A DNA stretch of 64,000 nucleotides from Vulcanimicrobiaceae bacterium (GTDB lineage Bacteria; Verrucomicrobiota; Verrucomicrobiia; Limisphaerales; Palsa-1400), in contig DATKFW010000034.1 of assembly GCA_035511075.1 (NCBI GenBank), positions 45,839 to 109,838 of the forward strand, read 5' to 3'. This document shows, piece by piece, positions 24,181 to 33,539 of this stretch. Within the stretch, counting starts at the first letter, position 1; the number at the start of each line of letters is the position of its first letter. The notes beneath the pieces are model-generated. The model worked only from the letters and a program-made list of their open reading frames with translations. It searched no databases and was not told the DNA's origin. A program made the position numbers and the translations under genes.

Positions 24181-26075
24181 TTTGCGGCTGTGCGTTTGCG
24201 TTTAACGACGGCAAGGACAATTCCCGTCAACGCCACCAGCGCCGGCACCGCGCCGATGTTGGCGACTTTGGTCCACAACTCCAGCGAGTCGGTGTCCTGG
24301 CGCAGTTTCTTGCGCGTCATTTTCAAATCTTTATTGACGTCCGCGACGGCCTTTTGATAGTTCTCCAGTTCCTTCTGCTGTTCGGGAGAAAGAATGAATT
24401 GCTGTTCGGCGCCGGACTTGCTGGCTTGCAATTGGCTGATCTTTGTTTCCGTTTCGGATTTCGTGGCCTCCAGTTCCTTGAGTTTGTCCTCCCATTCCCG
24501 GCCCGCCTTGGCCTCCATTTCGTTGAGCCGGGTGAATGGCCGGTTGAGGCTCGCGCGGCTCCGCAAGCTGATCAAGTCATTGTCGCCGGAAAGCTGTTCA
24601 ACAAAACTCTGCACGAGGTTGAGATTGCCGTTGAGCGGACGGACCAGCCTGTAGCCCATGAAATTCTGCACCGTCACGCACACCTGGTCGTTAAGCAAGT
24701 CGCTGTCGGCCACCAGAATCACCACGCCGTCCGATTTGGACTCCTTCAACTGCCGTTCTTTGGACTGATCAACGGCGTCGCCCTTCTCGTCCTTCGAGGC
24801 CTTGGGCGGACCGTCGGGAAAGGCCGTTTTGAATGTGCCGGTCAAGCGCACCGCCAGATTGTAGCTGATGTTCGCCGCCTTGAAATCCTTGACGATTTCC
24901 TCCGCGCCGATGCTTGCCGTGACGCCTTCAACCAGTTGGGATTCCAGCGAAGTATGCACCAGCACGGTCTCTTTGAGGCCGTCCGCCGGTGTGCCCGTAA
25001 ACGCGCCGGCAAAGGGCAACACCAGGTTGTCGATCTGGCTGGTCACCACGTCGTCGCCATTGATGCCATCCTTGTTGATCAAGAGAACCGTCGGCATGAC
25101 CGCGCCATTTTGTGGATTGTGCCCCGCAAAAGTCATGTCCGCCGCGACTTTGTTGATGTCCATTTGCAGGCCCCAGGCCTTCAGCAGCTTGTCAAGCGAT
25201 GATTGCCCCGAGCTTTCTCCCAGGACCTGCGCCATTTGATCGTGTTTTTGATCGAAGTACGCGTGCGGATCAAGGAACGCCAACAGTTTACCGCCGCGCA
25301 GAACGAACTGGTCGATGGCATATTGCGTCGCGTCGGAAATATCCCGCGGATGGACCACGACCAGGACGTGGATGTCGTCGTCGATCGTTGCCGCCGTCAT
25401 CGGAATTTCCCTGACCGTGAAATCCTTTTTCAATTCGCTGACAAACGCCCAAGGCTCGGACTGAGCCTGCCCCATTTGCTGCATCATCGGATTTGGCGTC
25501 GAGCCGAAAATCGGCAACGCGCTCATCATTCCAATGACGGCCGGTGTGGGATTGATCACGCGTGCAATCGCGCGCGAAATGTCGTACTCCAGCAACCGTT
25601 CGCGTTCCGGCGGCAGCCACGGAATGGATTCCTTCTGGTCCAGCATGCTGACCACCAGCCCCAGATAGACCTTGTCCCCGCCAAAGGCCGAGGTCGCCTG
25701 CCCCTCGATGCCATCGAGGCGGGCCGAGTCCTCGGCGTCGGAATCCGGTTCGGGATCAAATTTCTTGATGACAATCTTGCCGTGGCTTGCCACCTGGTAC
25801 TCGGCGAGCAAATCCTCGACATGTTGCGCGTAAGTGCGCAGTGACGGCGGCATTGTCGTGCCGCCCTGCGTGCTGTAGAATCGGATGATCACGCGCGAAT
25901 CAAGCCTCCCGAGGATTTTCCGCGTTCCCGGCGAGAGCGTGAAGGCCCTTTCGGCCGTCAAATCAACCCGGTCGCTGAAGGCGCTGGTGACGACATAGAG
26001 AGCGATGACCACAACGAACATGACCACGACACCCGCGGTGGAATAGAGGATCGTTTCAAAGTTTTTCTTCTTCAT
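24177..26075 (-). CDS. GldG-like ABC-transporter accessory protein (ABC-type uncharacterized transport system)
   Basis: 632 aa with N- and C-terminal TM anchors and a large periplasmic region. It is positioned after an ABC-2 permease. Confidence 0.8.
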   Translation of the reverse strand: MKKKNFETILYSTAGVVVMFVVVIALYVVTSAFSDRVDLTAERAFTLSPGTRKILGRLDSRVIIRFYSTQGGTTMPPSLRTYAQHVEDLLAEYQVASHGKIVIKKFDPEPDSDAEDSARLDGIEGQATSAFGGDKVYLGLVVSMLDQKESIPWLPPERERLLEYDISRAIARVINPTPAVIGMMSALPIFGSTPNPMMQQMGQAQSEPWAFVSELKKDFTVREIPMTAATIDDDIHVLVVVHPRDISDATQYAIDQFVLRGGKLLAFLDPHAYFDQKHDQMAQVLGESSGQSSLDKLLKAWGLQMDINKVAADMTFAGHNPQNGAVMPTVLLINKDGINGDDVVTSQIDNLVLPFAGAFTGTPADGLKETVLVHTSLESQLVEGVTASIGAEEIVKDFKAANISYNLAVRLTGTFKTAFPDGPPKASKDEKGDAVDQSKERQLKESKSDGVVILVADSDLLNDQVCVTVQNFMGYRLVRPLNGNLNLVQSFVEQLSGDNDLISLRSRASLNRPFTRLNEMEAKAGREWEDKLKELEATKSETETKISQLQASKSGAEQQFILSPEQQKELENYQKAVADVNKDLKMTRKKLRQDTDSLELWTKVANIGAVPALVALTGIVLAVVKRKRTAAK

Positions 26076-26093
26076 GGCTTGGTCCGTGACTGA

Positions 26094-26843
26094 TTAACCC
26101 GCGCGATGGCTGCGGAGAATGACCCCCGTTGTAAAGAGGGAAAATCCAATGACGCACAGGAAGAAAACCACGTCCCGCGAATCCACGACCCCCTTGGTGA
26201 AATACTCGAAATGCGTGATCACACTGAAAGTCGCCAGCAAATGGACCAGCCAGCCCGTGTCCGTCAGTTGCGTCAGAAAATTGGTCGCCGGCGGGAAACC
26301 GCACAGCACCAGCACCAGGCAGATGACGATGGATAAAATCAGGCTGACGACCTGGTTGCGCGTGATGGCGGAGGTCATGCAACTGATGGCCAGGTAGGCC
26401 CCGGCCATCAGAAAGCTGCCGAAATAGGAGGCCAGTATCACGCCGTTGTCGGGCGACCCAAGGTAATTGACCGTGATGACCACCGGGAAAGTCAATACTA
26501 ACGCCAGCAGAAGAAACAGCCACGACGCCAGAAATTTTCCTACAATGGCCTGCCACGCCGTGATCGGAAGGGTCAGCAGCAGCTCAATAGTTCCGACCCG
26601 CCGTTCTTCCGCCCAAAGCCGCATGCCGGCCGCCGGAACCAGGAAAAGATAGAGCCACGGAAACCAGATAAAAAAGGAGCGTTCGAGGCTCGCCTGGCCA
26701 TATTCAAAAAAACCGCCCAGAAGAAATGTGAACGAACCGGTGAGCAATAGAAAAATAACGATGAACACGTAGGCCACCGGCGAGGAAAAATACCCCGCCA
26801 GTTCGCGTTTGGTGATGGCTTTGATATTGCTGATGGAATTCAT
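26094..26843 (-). CDS. ABC-2 type transporter permease
   Basis: Start at the internal ATG (MNSISNIKAITKRELAGYFSSPVAYVFIVIFLLL...) with about 6 TM spans. The longer track ORF overlaps the ATPase gene. Confidence 0.85.
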   Translation of the reverse strand: MNSISNIKAITKRELAGYFSSPVAYVFIVIFLLLTGSFTFLLGGFFEYGQASLERSFFIWFPWLYLFLVPAAGMRLWAEERRVGTIELLLTLPITAWQAIVGKFLASWLFLLLALVLTFPVVITVNYLGSPDNGVILASYFGSFLMAGAYLAISCMTSAITRNQVVSLILSIVICLVLVLCGFPPATNFLTQLTDTGWLVHLLATFSVITHFEYFTKGVVDSRDVVFFLCVIGFSLFTTGVILRSHRAG

Positions 26844-26854
26844 ACGATCTCTTC

Positions 26855-27820
26855 CTATTGCGTCCCGGCCGGTTGCTTTTCCGTTTCCGGCAATGTGATG
26901 CCCCGGAAAACTTCGTCCAACCGCCCCTCCTCCGTGTGCAATTCCTCCACCTGCCACGATCCGGCCGCCGCCAGGACATTGCGCGCCAGGTCCCCGTTCT
27001 GGTTCTGGCTCCTGGGATAAACCCGCGCCCACACCTTTCCGTTCTCCTCCTTGACGATCGACGCCCGGCGCGCATTGGCCACGCCCGAAAGCCGCTCCAC
27101 CAACTGCGTTCCGCCCACGCCCCTGACGATCAACAGCACCGCCCCGGCCATATCGGACTGCTGTTTCAATTCCTGCGGAGTGCCGTTGGCCACGATCCGC
27201 CCGCGGTCAATTATAATGGCTCGCGAACACACCGCCTCGACTTCCTCCAAAATATGCGTCGAAAAAATAATCGCCTTCCGTTCGCCCATTCGCCGGATCA
27301 GGCTGCGCACCTCGTGCTTCTGATTCGGGTCCAGGCCGTCCGTCGGCTCGTCCAGCACCAACACGTCCGGGTCATGGATGATCGATTGCGCAAAACAAGT
27401 CCGGTGCCGATAGCCCTTCGAGAGCGTGTCGATGCTTTGGTACACGACCGATTCCAGGAAACACATTTCCACGACGCGCCGGACCGCCTTTTTCTTCTGG
27501 TCTCCGTGCAACCCGCGCAATTCGGCGATAAACCCCAGGAAACCCTCCACCGTCATGTCCGTATAAGCAGGGGCATTCTCCGGCAAATAGCCCATCAGAC
27601 GCTTGGCCGCAATCGGGTCGCCCACGATGTCGTGGCCGCCGACGGTGACGGTTCCCTCGGTGGGAGGAATGAAGCCGGTGATCATGCGCATAGTGGTGGA
27701 TTTTCCGGCGCCATTGGGCCCCAAAAAACCAAGCACTTCACCGCGCTCCACCGTGAAGGAAACGCGATTGACGGCCACTTTCGTGGCGAAAGATTTGCTC
27801 AGGTTATCAACTTTAATCAT
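26855..27820 (-). CDS. ABC transporter ATP-binding protein
   Basis: MIKVDNLSKSF...; Walker A GPNGAGKSTT, signature LSKGYRHR, Walker B LVLDEPTDGLD. Confidence 0.92.
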   Translation of the reverse strand: MIKVDNLSKSFATKVAVNRVSFTVERGEVLGFLGPNGAGKSTTMRMITGFIPPTEGTVTVGGHDIVGDPIAAKRLMGYLPENAPAYTDMTVEGFLGFIAELRGLHGDQKKKAVRRVVEMCFLESVVYQSIDTLSKGYRHRTCFAQSIIHDPDVLVLDEPTDGLDPNQKHEVRSLIRRMGERKAIIFSTHILEEVEAVCSRAIIIDRGRIVANGTPQELKQQSDMAGAVLLIVRGVGGTQLVERLSGVANARRASIVKEENGKVWARVYPRSQNQNGDLARNVLAAAGSWQVEELHTEEGRLDEVFRGITLPETEKQPAGTQ

Positions 27821-28002
27821 TCTTTGACTCCGGTCCGCTCCGCGACGGAACACCCGCGGTTGTATCAATCTGACTAATTAACCGCTCGTCCGTTCAAAGG
27901 CAATCTTTTAAGCCTGATAGCCTTTTGGAAAATTCCCCGGGAGAAATGTTCAAAAAAAATTTCCTTCTGGCATGGACTCCATCGGTGGGTTAACCTCGCC
28001 GG

Positions 28003-28947
28003 GTGAACATTCCGGTCCGCCCTGAAGTCATCCTGACACACGAGAGCGATTTGGACGGGTTTGTGGCGGGCCTGCTGCTGCAACGCCTCGCCAAAGGCCT
28101 GTTTAACGCCGACGTCCCCCTGGAGGCTTATCATTACAATAGCTGGCGTTTGCGGGAGCCGCGCGAGAAGTCCGGCTGGATTTGCGATTTGAGCTTTGAA
28201 CCGCGCCTGGACAAGGCCGACTGGACGATCTTCGATCACCACGCGACGGACGTTCAACCCAAAAACGCGCGCTTGATTCACAGCCTGGAAAAATCCGCCG
28301 GCCTCCTCTGTTACGAGTTGTGCCGGGAAAACGGCCTTGCCTCGCCCGCGCTGGACCGCCTGGTGCATTTGAACAACGTCGCGGATTTGTTCCTCGAAGA
28401 CGACCCGGATTTCGCCCTGGCCAACGATTACGCCAACCTTGTCAAGACTTACCAATTCTGGAATTTGCACGCGCTTATCGAAGGCCGGCTGGAACGTTTG
28501 CTGGACCATTCATTGCTGGAAGTCATGGCTGTCAAACGGCGGATCGAGGACCCGATGGGCCTTCAGTGGAGCAAACGGCACATCCTCGAAATCGTTCCTT
28601 CGGTCGGCTGCGTCGACACGGTGATCGGCAACACCAACTTGATTGTGCACCAACTGCTCGACTCAGAGACAACGAAGTATCCCGTCCTGATGACGCTCTT
28701 TCGCAAGGCCAACAACACGGTCGTGGTCAGCTTGCGCAGTCGCAATGGCGAGGCGCTGAAGTTCGCGGAAATACTGCAAGGTGGCGGCCACGCAAACGCC
28801 TGCGGCGCCACCCTCCCCCGCTCGATCCGAAATATCCCGGACGCCATCGATTACCTGCGCAACATCCTGGGCAACACGCCGAAAAAGGAGGCGCCGCTCA
28901 ACAATCTGGAAAGCCTGTTCTCCAACGTGGAAATCAAGGCCTCTTGA
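28003..28947 (+). CDS. DHH/DHHA1 family phosphoesterase
   Basis: 314 aa with non-ATG (GTG) start. Motifs HESDLDG, IFDHHATD and GGGHANACGA. Confidence 0.8.
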   Translation: MNIPVRPEVILTHESDLDGFVAGLLLQRLAKGLFNADVPLEAYHYNSWRLREPREKSGWICDLSFEPRLDKADWTIFDHHATDVQPKNARLIHSLEKSAGLLCYELCRENGLASPALDRLVHLNNVADLFLEDDPDFALANDYANLVKTYQFWNLHALIEGRLERLLDHSLLEVMAVKRRIEDPMGLQWSKRHILEIVPSVGCVDTVIGNTNLIVHQLLDSETTKYPVLMTLFRKANNTVVVSLRSRNGEALKFAEILQGGGHANACGATLPRSIRNIPDAIDYLRNILGNTPKKEAPLNNLESLFSNVEIKAS

Positions 28948-28988
28948 TTCCAATCTCCGCCCGGCCCGCGATTGAAACCAGTATTGAC

Positions 28989-29939
28989 TCAAGCCCGGGG
29001 ATGGGCTTTGTCGTACGTTCGCTTCAGCCTCTCGGTGGTGATGTGGGTATAGATTTGCGTGGTGACCAGGTGCGCGTGGCCGAGCAATTCCTGAACGCTC
29101 CGCAAATCTGCGCCGGCGTCGAGCATGTGCGTGGCAAAGCTGTGCCGCAGCTTGTGTGGCGTCAACTTCGGGTCCAATCCCGCCGCCCGAAGATATTGTT
29201 TCAATCGCAATTGCACGCTCCGCGAGGACAACGGCAAGACCCTCTTTCCGCGCCCAAAGAAAACCGGCATTTCCGGACGGGGCACATATTTCGCGTGCTT
29301 CCAGTAAACCCGGATGCCATCCAGCGCCGGCCGCCCGATGGGAACCAGCCGCTCCTTCTTGCCTTTGCCACGGACCCGCGCCAATTCTCCGGCCCAATCC
29401 AAATCGCCCGCGCAAAGCTGGCATAGTTCGCTCACGCGCAAGCCGCAGGAATAGATCACTTCCAAAATCGCGGCATCGCGAAAATAGACGGAGGCATCGA
29501 CTTCCCTGGTTTTTGCCGCCCGGATCAGTTCCTGGCCGGGCGCATCGGCAAGGGCCTTGAACTGGTCAACCGTCAGAAACATCGGGATGCGCTTCTCCAG
29601 CTTGGGCAGGGAAATATTCCGTATGGGCGAGGCGCCGACCACCCCTTCGCGGACCAGGAATTTATAGAACGATCGCAGCGCCGAGAACCGCAACCGGACC
29701 GCCGCGCGGCTGATCCGGTTCCGGCCCAGCGCCCGCAAAAAATCGCGGAAATCGTCGCGGCTCCGCGCGGCCCAATCCGGTCCCGTTCCGTGCCGCGCCT
29801 TCGACCACGCGGCGAATTCGCGCAAGGCCTGCCGGTAATTGCGCTCCGTGTAAACCGACCCGCCCTTGGAGGCGAGATATTGAAGAAACTTATCCGCCAG
29901 CGGGTCGGGACGTTCTTCCGCTTCGGAGTGTTCCGGCAC
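28989..29939 (-). CDS. xerC: Tyrosine recombinase XerC/XerD family
   Basis: 316 aa. N-terminal SAM-like domain (FLQYLASKGGSVYTERNYRQALREF). Catalytic region GLRVSEL...HKLRHSFATHML...LLGHAHLVTTQIYTH. XerC and XerD cannot be told apart by eye. Confidence 0.88.
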   Translation of the reverse strand: MPEHSEAEERPDPLADKFLQYLASKGGSVYTERNYRQALREFAAWSKARHGTGPDWAARSRDDFRDFLRALGRNRISRAAVRLRFSALRSFYKFLVREGVVGASPIRNISLPKLEKRIPMFLTVDQFKALADAPGQELIRAAKTREVDASVYFRDAAILEVIYSCGLRVSELCQLCAGDLDWAGELARVRGKGKKERLVPIGRPALDGIRVYWKHAKYVPRPEMPVFFGRGKRVLPLSSRSVQLRLKQYLRAAGLDPKLTPHKLRHSFATHMLDAGADLRSVQELLGHAHLVTTQIYTHITTERLKRTYDKAHPRA

Positions 29940-30011
29940 GGCCTAAGATTACAGCGCCCTCATTGAATTGAAAACGTCCGATTTAATCCGGAGGTTCCGC
30001 CAAAAATCCGC

Positions 30012-31934
30012 CTACCAGTCCTTGATCTTGACAGATGGATTATCGACAGGCTTGTTCTCAGGGGCGAAGATCAGGACTTTCTCGTTGTCTTGCTGGGAGT
30101 CAAGAAGCCGCCGGGCCTCCTCGGGGGACATTTTTGCCTCGGCCATCGCCGTTTGTTCTCCTTTTTCGGCGTCCTTGTCACGCTTATCACTGGAATTGGC
30201 CTGGGCTTGCTGTTGTTGTTTTTCCTTTTCGGCATCCTTCTTGGCTTGTTCCTGCTTCGCTTTCTCTTCGTCCTTCTTTTGCTGGTCGTCCTGTTGTGAT
30301 TTCTGCTGGTCGCCTTTTTGGTCCTTTTGGTCCTTTTGGTCCTTTTGGTTCTGGTTCTTTTGGTCTTGCTGGTCCTTCTTGTCCTTCTGATCCTTGTTGT
30401 CTTTCTGCTTTTGATTCTGTTGTTGCTGCTGTTGTTTTTTCAGCTCCTCCAATTTCTGTTTGACATAGGCGAGGTTGTTTCTGGCGTCAATGTCATTGGT
30501 ATCCAGACGATAAGCGCGCCCGAGATTCTCAATGGCTTGTTGCCACAGCTCCTGTTTCTTGTCCGGTTCGGGCAGCGGCTCGCCCATTTGGTAGAGCGTA
30601 TTGCCAAGGTCGTAATACGTGTGCTCCTGTGTTTTCGGGTCCGACACAATGCTTTGCGAATTGAGCGCGTCGTTGAATTGCTTCCGTGCCTGCTCCAGTT
30701 CCTTGGCGCGATAAGCCGCGGACCCGGCGTCGAACTTCAGCCGGTAATCGTTGGTTTTTCGTCCGGCCAGCCGGCTGTATTCGTCCAGGGCCGCCTTGAA
30801 ATCCCCTGATTGATAATCCCGATACGCGCTCGAAGGCGATCCCAGCGCGTTCAGGGCAACCAACAGCAACGCCATGATAGCCACCGCTTGCTGGACAGCA
30901 GGCGCGGCTGAAAGCGCGACAGGGCGGCGAACGCGCGGGCTTTCCGGCAGCAACGCTTCGATGACAAGGCACACAATGGCGAACCCGAGCGGCCAATGGT
31001 AACGCTCCTGATAGACCCGTGTCAGCCGCGTCGATTCCTCGGACTTTGGCAGCGGCGCCAGGCCGCGCGTGTAGAGCGTGTCCATAGGATTGGCCCCTTG
31101 CAGCGGCAGGTAAAAGCCGTTGGCGTCAGTCGCGATTTGTTCCAGAAGCGTCTGGTTCAGGCGCGATTTGACCACATTGCCGTCGTCGTCCTTGATGTAA
31201 GAACTGTTGCCCTGATCGTCTTTGACACGAAGCAATTCCCCTTCAGGCGTGCCGACGCCGATGGTGAAAATGCGAAGGCCCGCGTCGGCGGCCTCTTTGG
31301 CGGCGGCAAGAGTTTCGGTGTCGGCATCGTGGTCCTCCCCGTCGGTGAACAGAACCAGTACCTTGTGATTGTCATTTCCCTTCTCAAAAGCGCCCATTGC
31401 CGTTCTGATCGCGGCGGAAAGAGCCGTGCCGCCCTGCGGAATGATGCCGACAGATACCGCATCAACGGCTTGTTCGAACGCTTGCTCGTCAACCGTCAAG
31501 GGCGCTTGCAAAAACGCGGTGCCCGCGAAAGCGACCAATCCCAGACGGTCCGTCTTGGCCAGCCGCATCAGGTCGATCGCCGCAAGCTTGGCTTTTTCCA
31601 GGCGGTTGGGGGCGACATCCTGCGCGAGCATGCTGCGCGACGTGTCGATGGCGACGATGATATCCAAACCCTGGAATCTGGCTTCCTCCCACGCGAATCC
31701 CCACTGCGGCCGGGCAAGCGCAAGGAGGATGCCCGCCACCGCGACGACCAGCAAGCCGAGGCGAAATTTCTGGCGTCCCGGTGAAACGCCAACTGTCAGG
31801 CCCGAAAGCAGCCGCGGACGCACAAATTGGAGGATCATTTTCTGTTTGGCCCGCCACGACCAGTACAGAAAACCAATCAGCGCCGGCACGGCCGCCAGCA
31901 GGACCCACAAAACTTGTGGCTGCGCGAATCTCAT
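30012..31934 (-). CDS. BatB-BatC-like fusion: TM + VWA domain + TPR region + Gln/Lys/Asp-rich low-complexity tail
   Basis: Start at the internal ATG 31934 (MRFAQPQVLWVLLAAVPALIGF), 4 nt after the batA stop. VWA MIDAS motif DIIVAIDTSRSM. TPR-like SAYRDYQSGDFKAALDEY. Tail KQQQQQQNQKQKDNKDQKDKKDQQDQKNQNQKDQKDQKDQ. Confidence 0.8.
   Translation of the reverse strand: MRFAQPQVLWVLLAAVPALIGFLYWSWRAKQKMILQFVRPRLLSGLTVGVSPGRQKFRLGLLVVAVAGILLALARPQWGFAWEEARFQGLDIIVAIDTSRSMLAQDVAPNRLEKAKLAAIDLMRLAKTDRLGLVAFAGTAFLQAPLTVDEQAFEQAVDAVSVGIIPQGGTALSAAIRTAMGAFEKGNDNHKVLVLFTDGEDHDADTETLAAAKEAADAGLRIFTIGVGTPEGELLRVKDDQGNSSYIKDDDGNVVKSRLNQTLLEQIATDANGFYLPLQGANPMDTLYTRGLAPLPKSEESTRLTRVYQERYHWPLGFAIVCLVIEALLPESPRVRRPVALSAAPAVQQAVAIMALLLVALNALGSPSSAYRDYQSGDFKAALDEYSRLAGRKTNDYRLKFDAGSAAYRAKELEQARKQFNDALNSQSIVSDPKTQEHTYYDLGNTLYQMGEPLPEPDKKQELWQQAIENLGRAYRLDTNDIDARNNLAYVKQKLEELKKQQQQQQNQKQKDNKDQKDKKDQQDQKNQNQKDQKDQKDQKGDQQKSQQDDQQKKDEEKAKQEQAKKDAEKEKQQQQAQANSSDKRDKDAEKGEQTAMAEAKMSPEEARRLLDSQQDNEKVLIFAPENKPVDNPSVKIKDW
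30320..30346 (-). repeat. 9-bp microsatellite (GGTCCTTTT x3 on the plus strand, encoding KDQ) within a longer degenerate run
   Basis: Three perfect copies at 30320..30346; degenerate copies continue to about 30400. The unit is in frame (3 codons). Confidence 0.8.
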
Positions 31935-31938
31935 ATTT

Positions 31939-32937
31939 TCAAGGCACTCTTCTCCACACGGTGTGGGCCAGCACCATTTCCAACACAAACACCGCCAGCC
32001 CCCCAATGGTTACCCACCCGAACAATTCATCATAATGCTGGTATTTCTTGACTTCCACCTCGGATTTTTCGAGGCGGTCGATATCGGCGTAGATGCGGCG
32101 CAATGTGTCGGCGCTGTCGGCGCGGTAATACTTGCCGTTGGTTTGCCGCGCGATTTTGGTCAGGGTGTCTTCGTCAATGTCCACGTCCATGTACTGGTAA
32201 TGTTTCTGGCCGAATTGATCGACGACCGGATAAGGCGCCTTCCCGCGAATGCCGATGCCGATGGTATAAACTTTGACCCCGAGGGCTTGGGCGGCATCGG
32301 CGGCAGTCAGCGGCGGGATCTTGCCGGAATTGTTCTGGCCATCGGTCATCAGGATGATGATTTTGCTTTTGTCCTGGAGGTCTTTGAGGCGATTGAGCGC
32401 AGCCATGAGTGCGGACCCTATGGCGGTGCTCGATTCGTCGATTTTGCCGATGTCAAGCCGGTCCAGGTTGTGCTGGAGAAAATCATGGTCCAGCGTCAGC
32501 GGCGCCGCGATGTAAGCCTCCTTGGCGAAGGCCACCAATCCGATCCGGTCATCGGGCCGATTATCGATGAATTTGCCCAGGACCTCTTTGGCCAGCTTGA
32601 TGCGGCTAAGGCCCTCACCGAAATCCTCCGAGCGCATGCTGCCGGAAAGATCGATGGCCACGACAATATCGATCCCGCTGGCTTTGACATGAGATTCGCC
32701 GCGGATCATGCGCGGTTGCGCCAGGGCAAAGATAAAAAGCGCCAGCGCAATCCAACGCAGATTGGTCAGAATGGCCCCCGCGCGCGAACGCCGCAGCCCG
32801 GAAATCGGACGCACCAAATCGATCGACGAATAAACGAACGCCGCCGTTCTATTGGCGGCCCTTCCCTTCAGCCATGCCAGGACCGGTAAGAGCAGTAGCA
32901 GCGTTAAAGTGTAGGGATGAGCGAGGTCGAAATTCAT
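31939..32937 (-). CDS. BatA-like VWA domain membrane protein
   Basis: 332 aa with N-terminal TM and MIDAS motif DIVVAIDLSGSM. It lies in the operon after DUF4381. Confidence 0.85.
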   Translation of the reverse strand: MNFDLAHPYTLTLLLLLPVLAWLKGRAANRTAAFVYSSIDLVRPISGLRRSRAGAILTNLRWIALALFIFALAQPRMIRGESHVKASGIDIVVAIDLSGSMRSEDFGEGLSRIKLAKEVLGKFIDNRPDDRIGLVAFAKEAYIAAPLTLDHDFLQHNLDRLDIGKIDESSTAIGSALMAALNRLKDLQDKSKIIILMTDGQNNSGKIPPLTAADAAQALGVKVYTIGIGIRGKAPYPVVDQFGQKHYQYMDVDIDEDTLTKIARQTNGKYYRADSADTLRRIYADIDRLEKSEVEVKKYQHYDELFGWVTIGGLAVFVLEMVLAHTVWRRVP

Positions 32938-33539
32938 TTTTCAGCGCTGGCCGCAACAGGGGCCTGGGCGGCCGTGGATTGGCTCCCGGACCATCTGGGT
33001 TCCGTTTCGTTGACAAGGCGCAGGGCGGCGGTGTGCAGGGCGCGCAACTCGGTTTCCGTCGGTTCGTACTTGGCGAACTTGATCAGATCGCAACTGGCCA
33101 GGAAATCGGCCAGGCTTTCCTTTTGCTCCGCTGTCAATAAATCCGTCCCCTGCAACTCGTAAAGAAACTCCTCCGTGGTGCGGTCGGGGGCGTGGAAGTC
33201 AAACCGCTGCTCCAGATAAACGCGAATCGCGCCGGACACGGCGATGGAAAACGGCTTGGGCTCGCTGATGAGCGAAAGGGCCGCCTCGAGCATCCGCCGC
33301 GCGTGCACGTGCGGCGGCACCGGCGGCGGCGCGGCAATGACCGCCTGTGTGCGCTTCCAATGGCGCCACCACAGCCAGCACGCGCCCAGAACCACCAGCA
33401 CGCCGACAATCCAAAAGACCCACGCCCACACATTGGCGATCTGGATCAGCGGCTTGACTGTGTCGTGAAAAACCAGCGGGGCCGCATTGGACGCGGCGGG
33501 CGACTGCGCCGGAATGATGAGCGCCGAATTGGTGTTCAT
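32934..33539 (-). CDS. DUF4381 domain protein
   Basis: 201 aa. Single TM with Trp-rich flank (VWAWVFWIVGVLVVLGACWLWWRHWKR). Its position between DUF58 and BatA, with 4-nt overlaps on both sides, is typical. Confidence 0.7.
   Translation of the reverse strand: MNTNSALIIPAQSPAASNAAPLVFHDTVKPLIQIANVWAWVFWIVGVLVVLGACWLWWRHWKRTQAVIAAPPPVPPHVHARRMLEAALSLISEPKPFSIAVSGAIRVYLEQRFDFHAPDRTTEEFLYELQGTDLLTAEQKESLADFLASCDLIKFAKYEPTETELRALHTAALRLVNETEPRWSGSQSTAAQAPVAASAEK

Noticed and set aside
26858-27877. 339-aa plus-strand ORF
   Set aside because: It is antisense to the ABC ATPase gene, which has Walker A/B and signature motifs.
31369-32889. 506-aa plus-strand ORF
   Set aside because: It is antisense to batA and batB/C, which have MIDAS motifs and operon logic with 4-nt overlaps.
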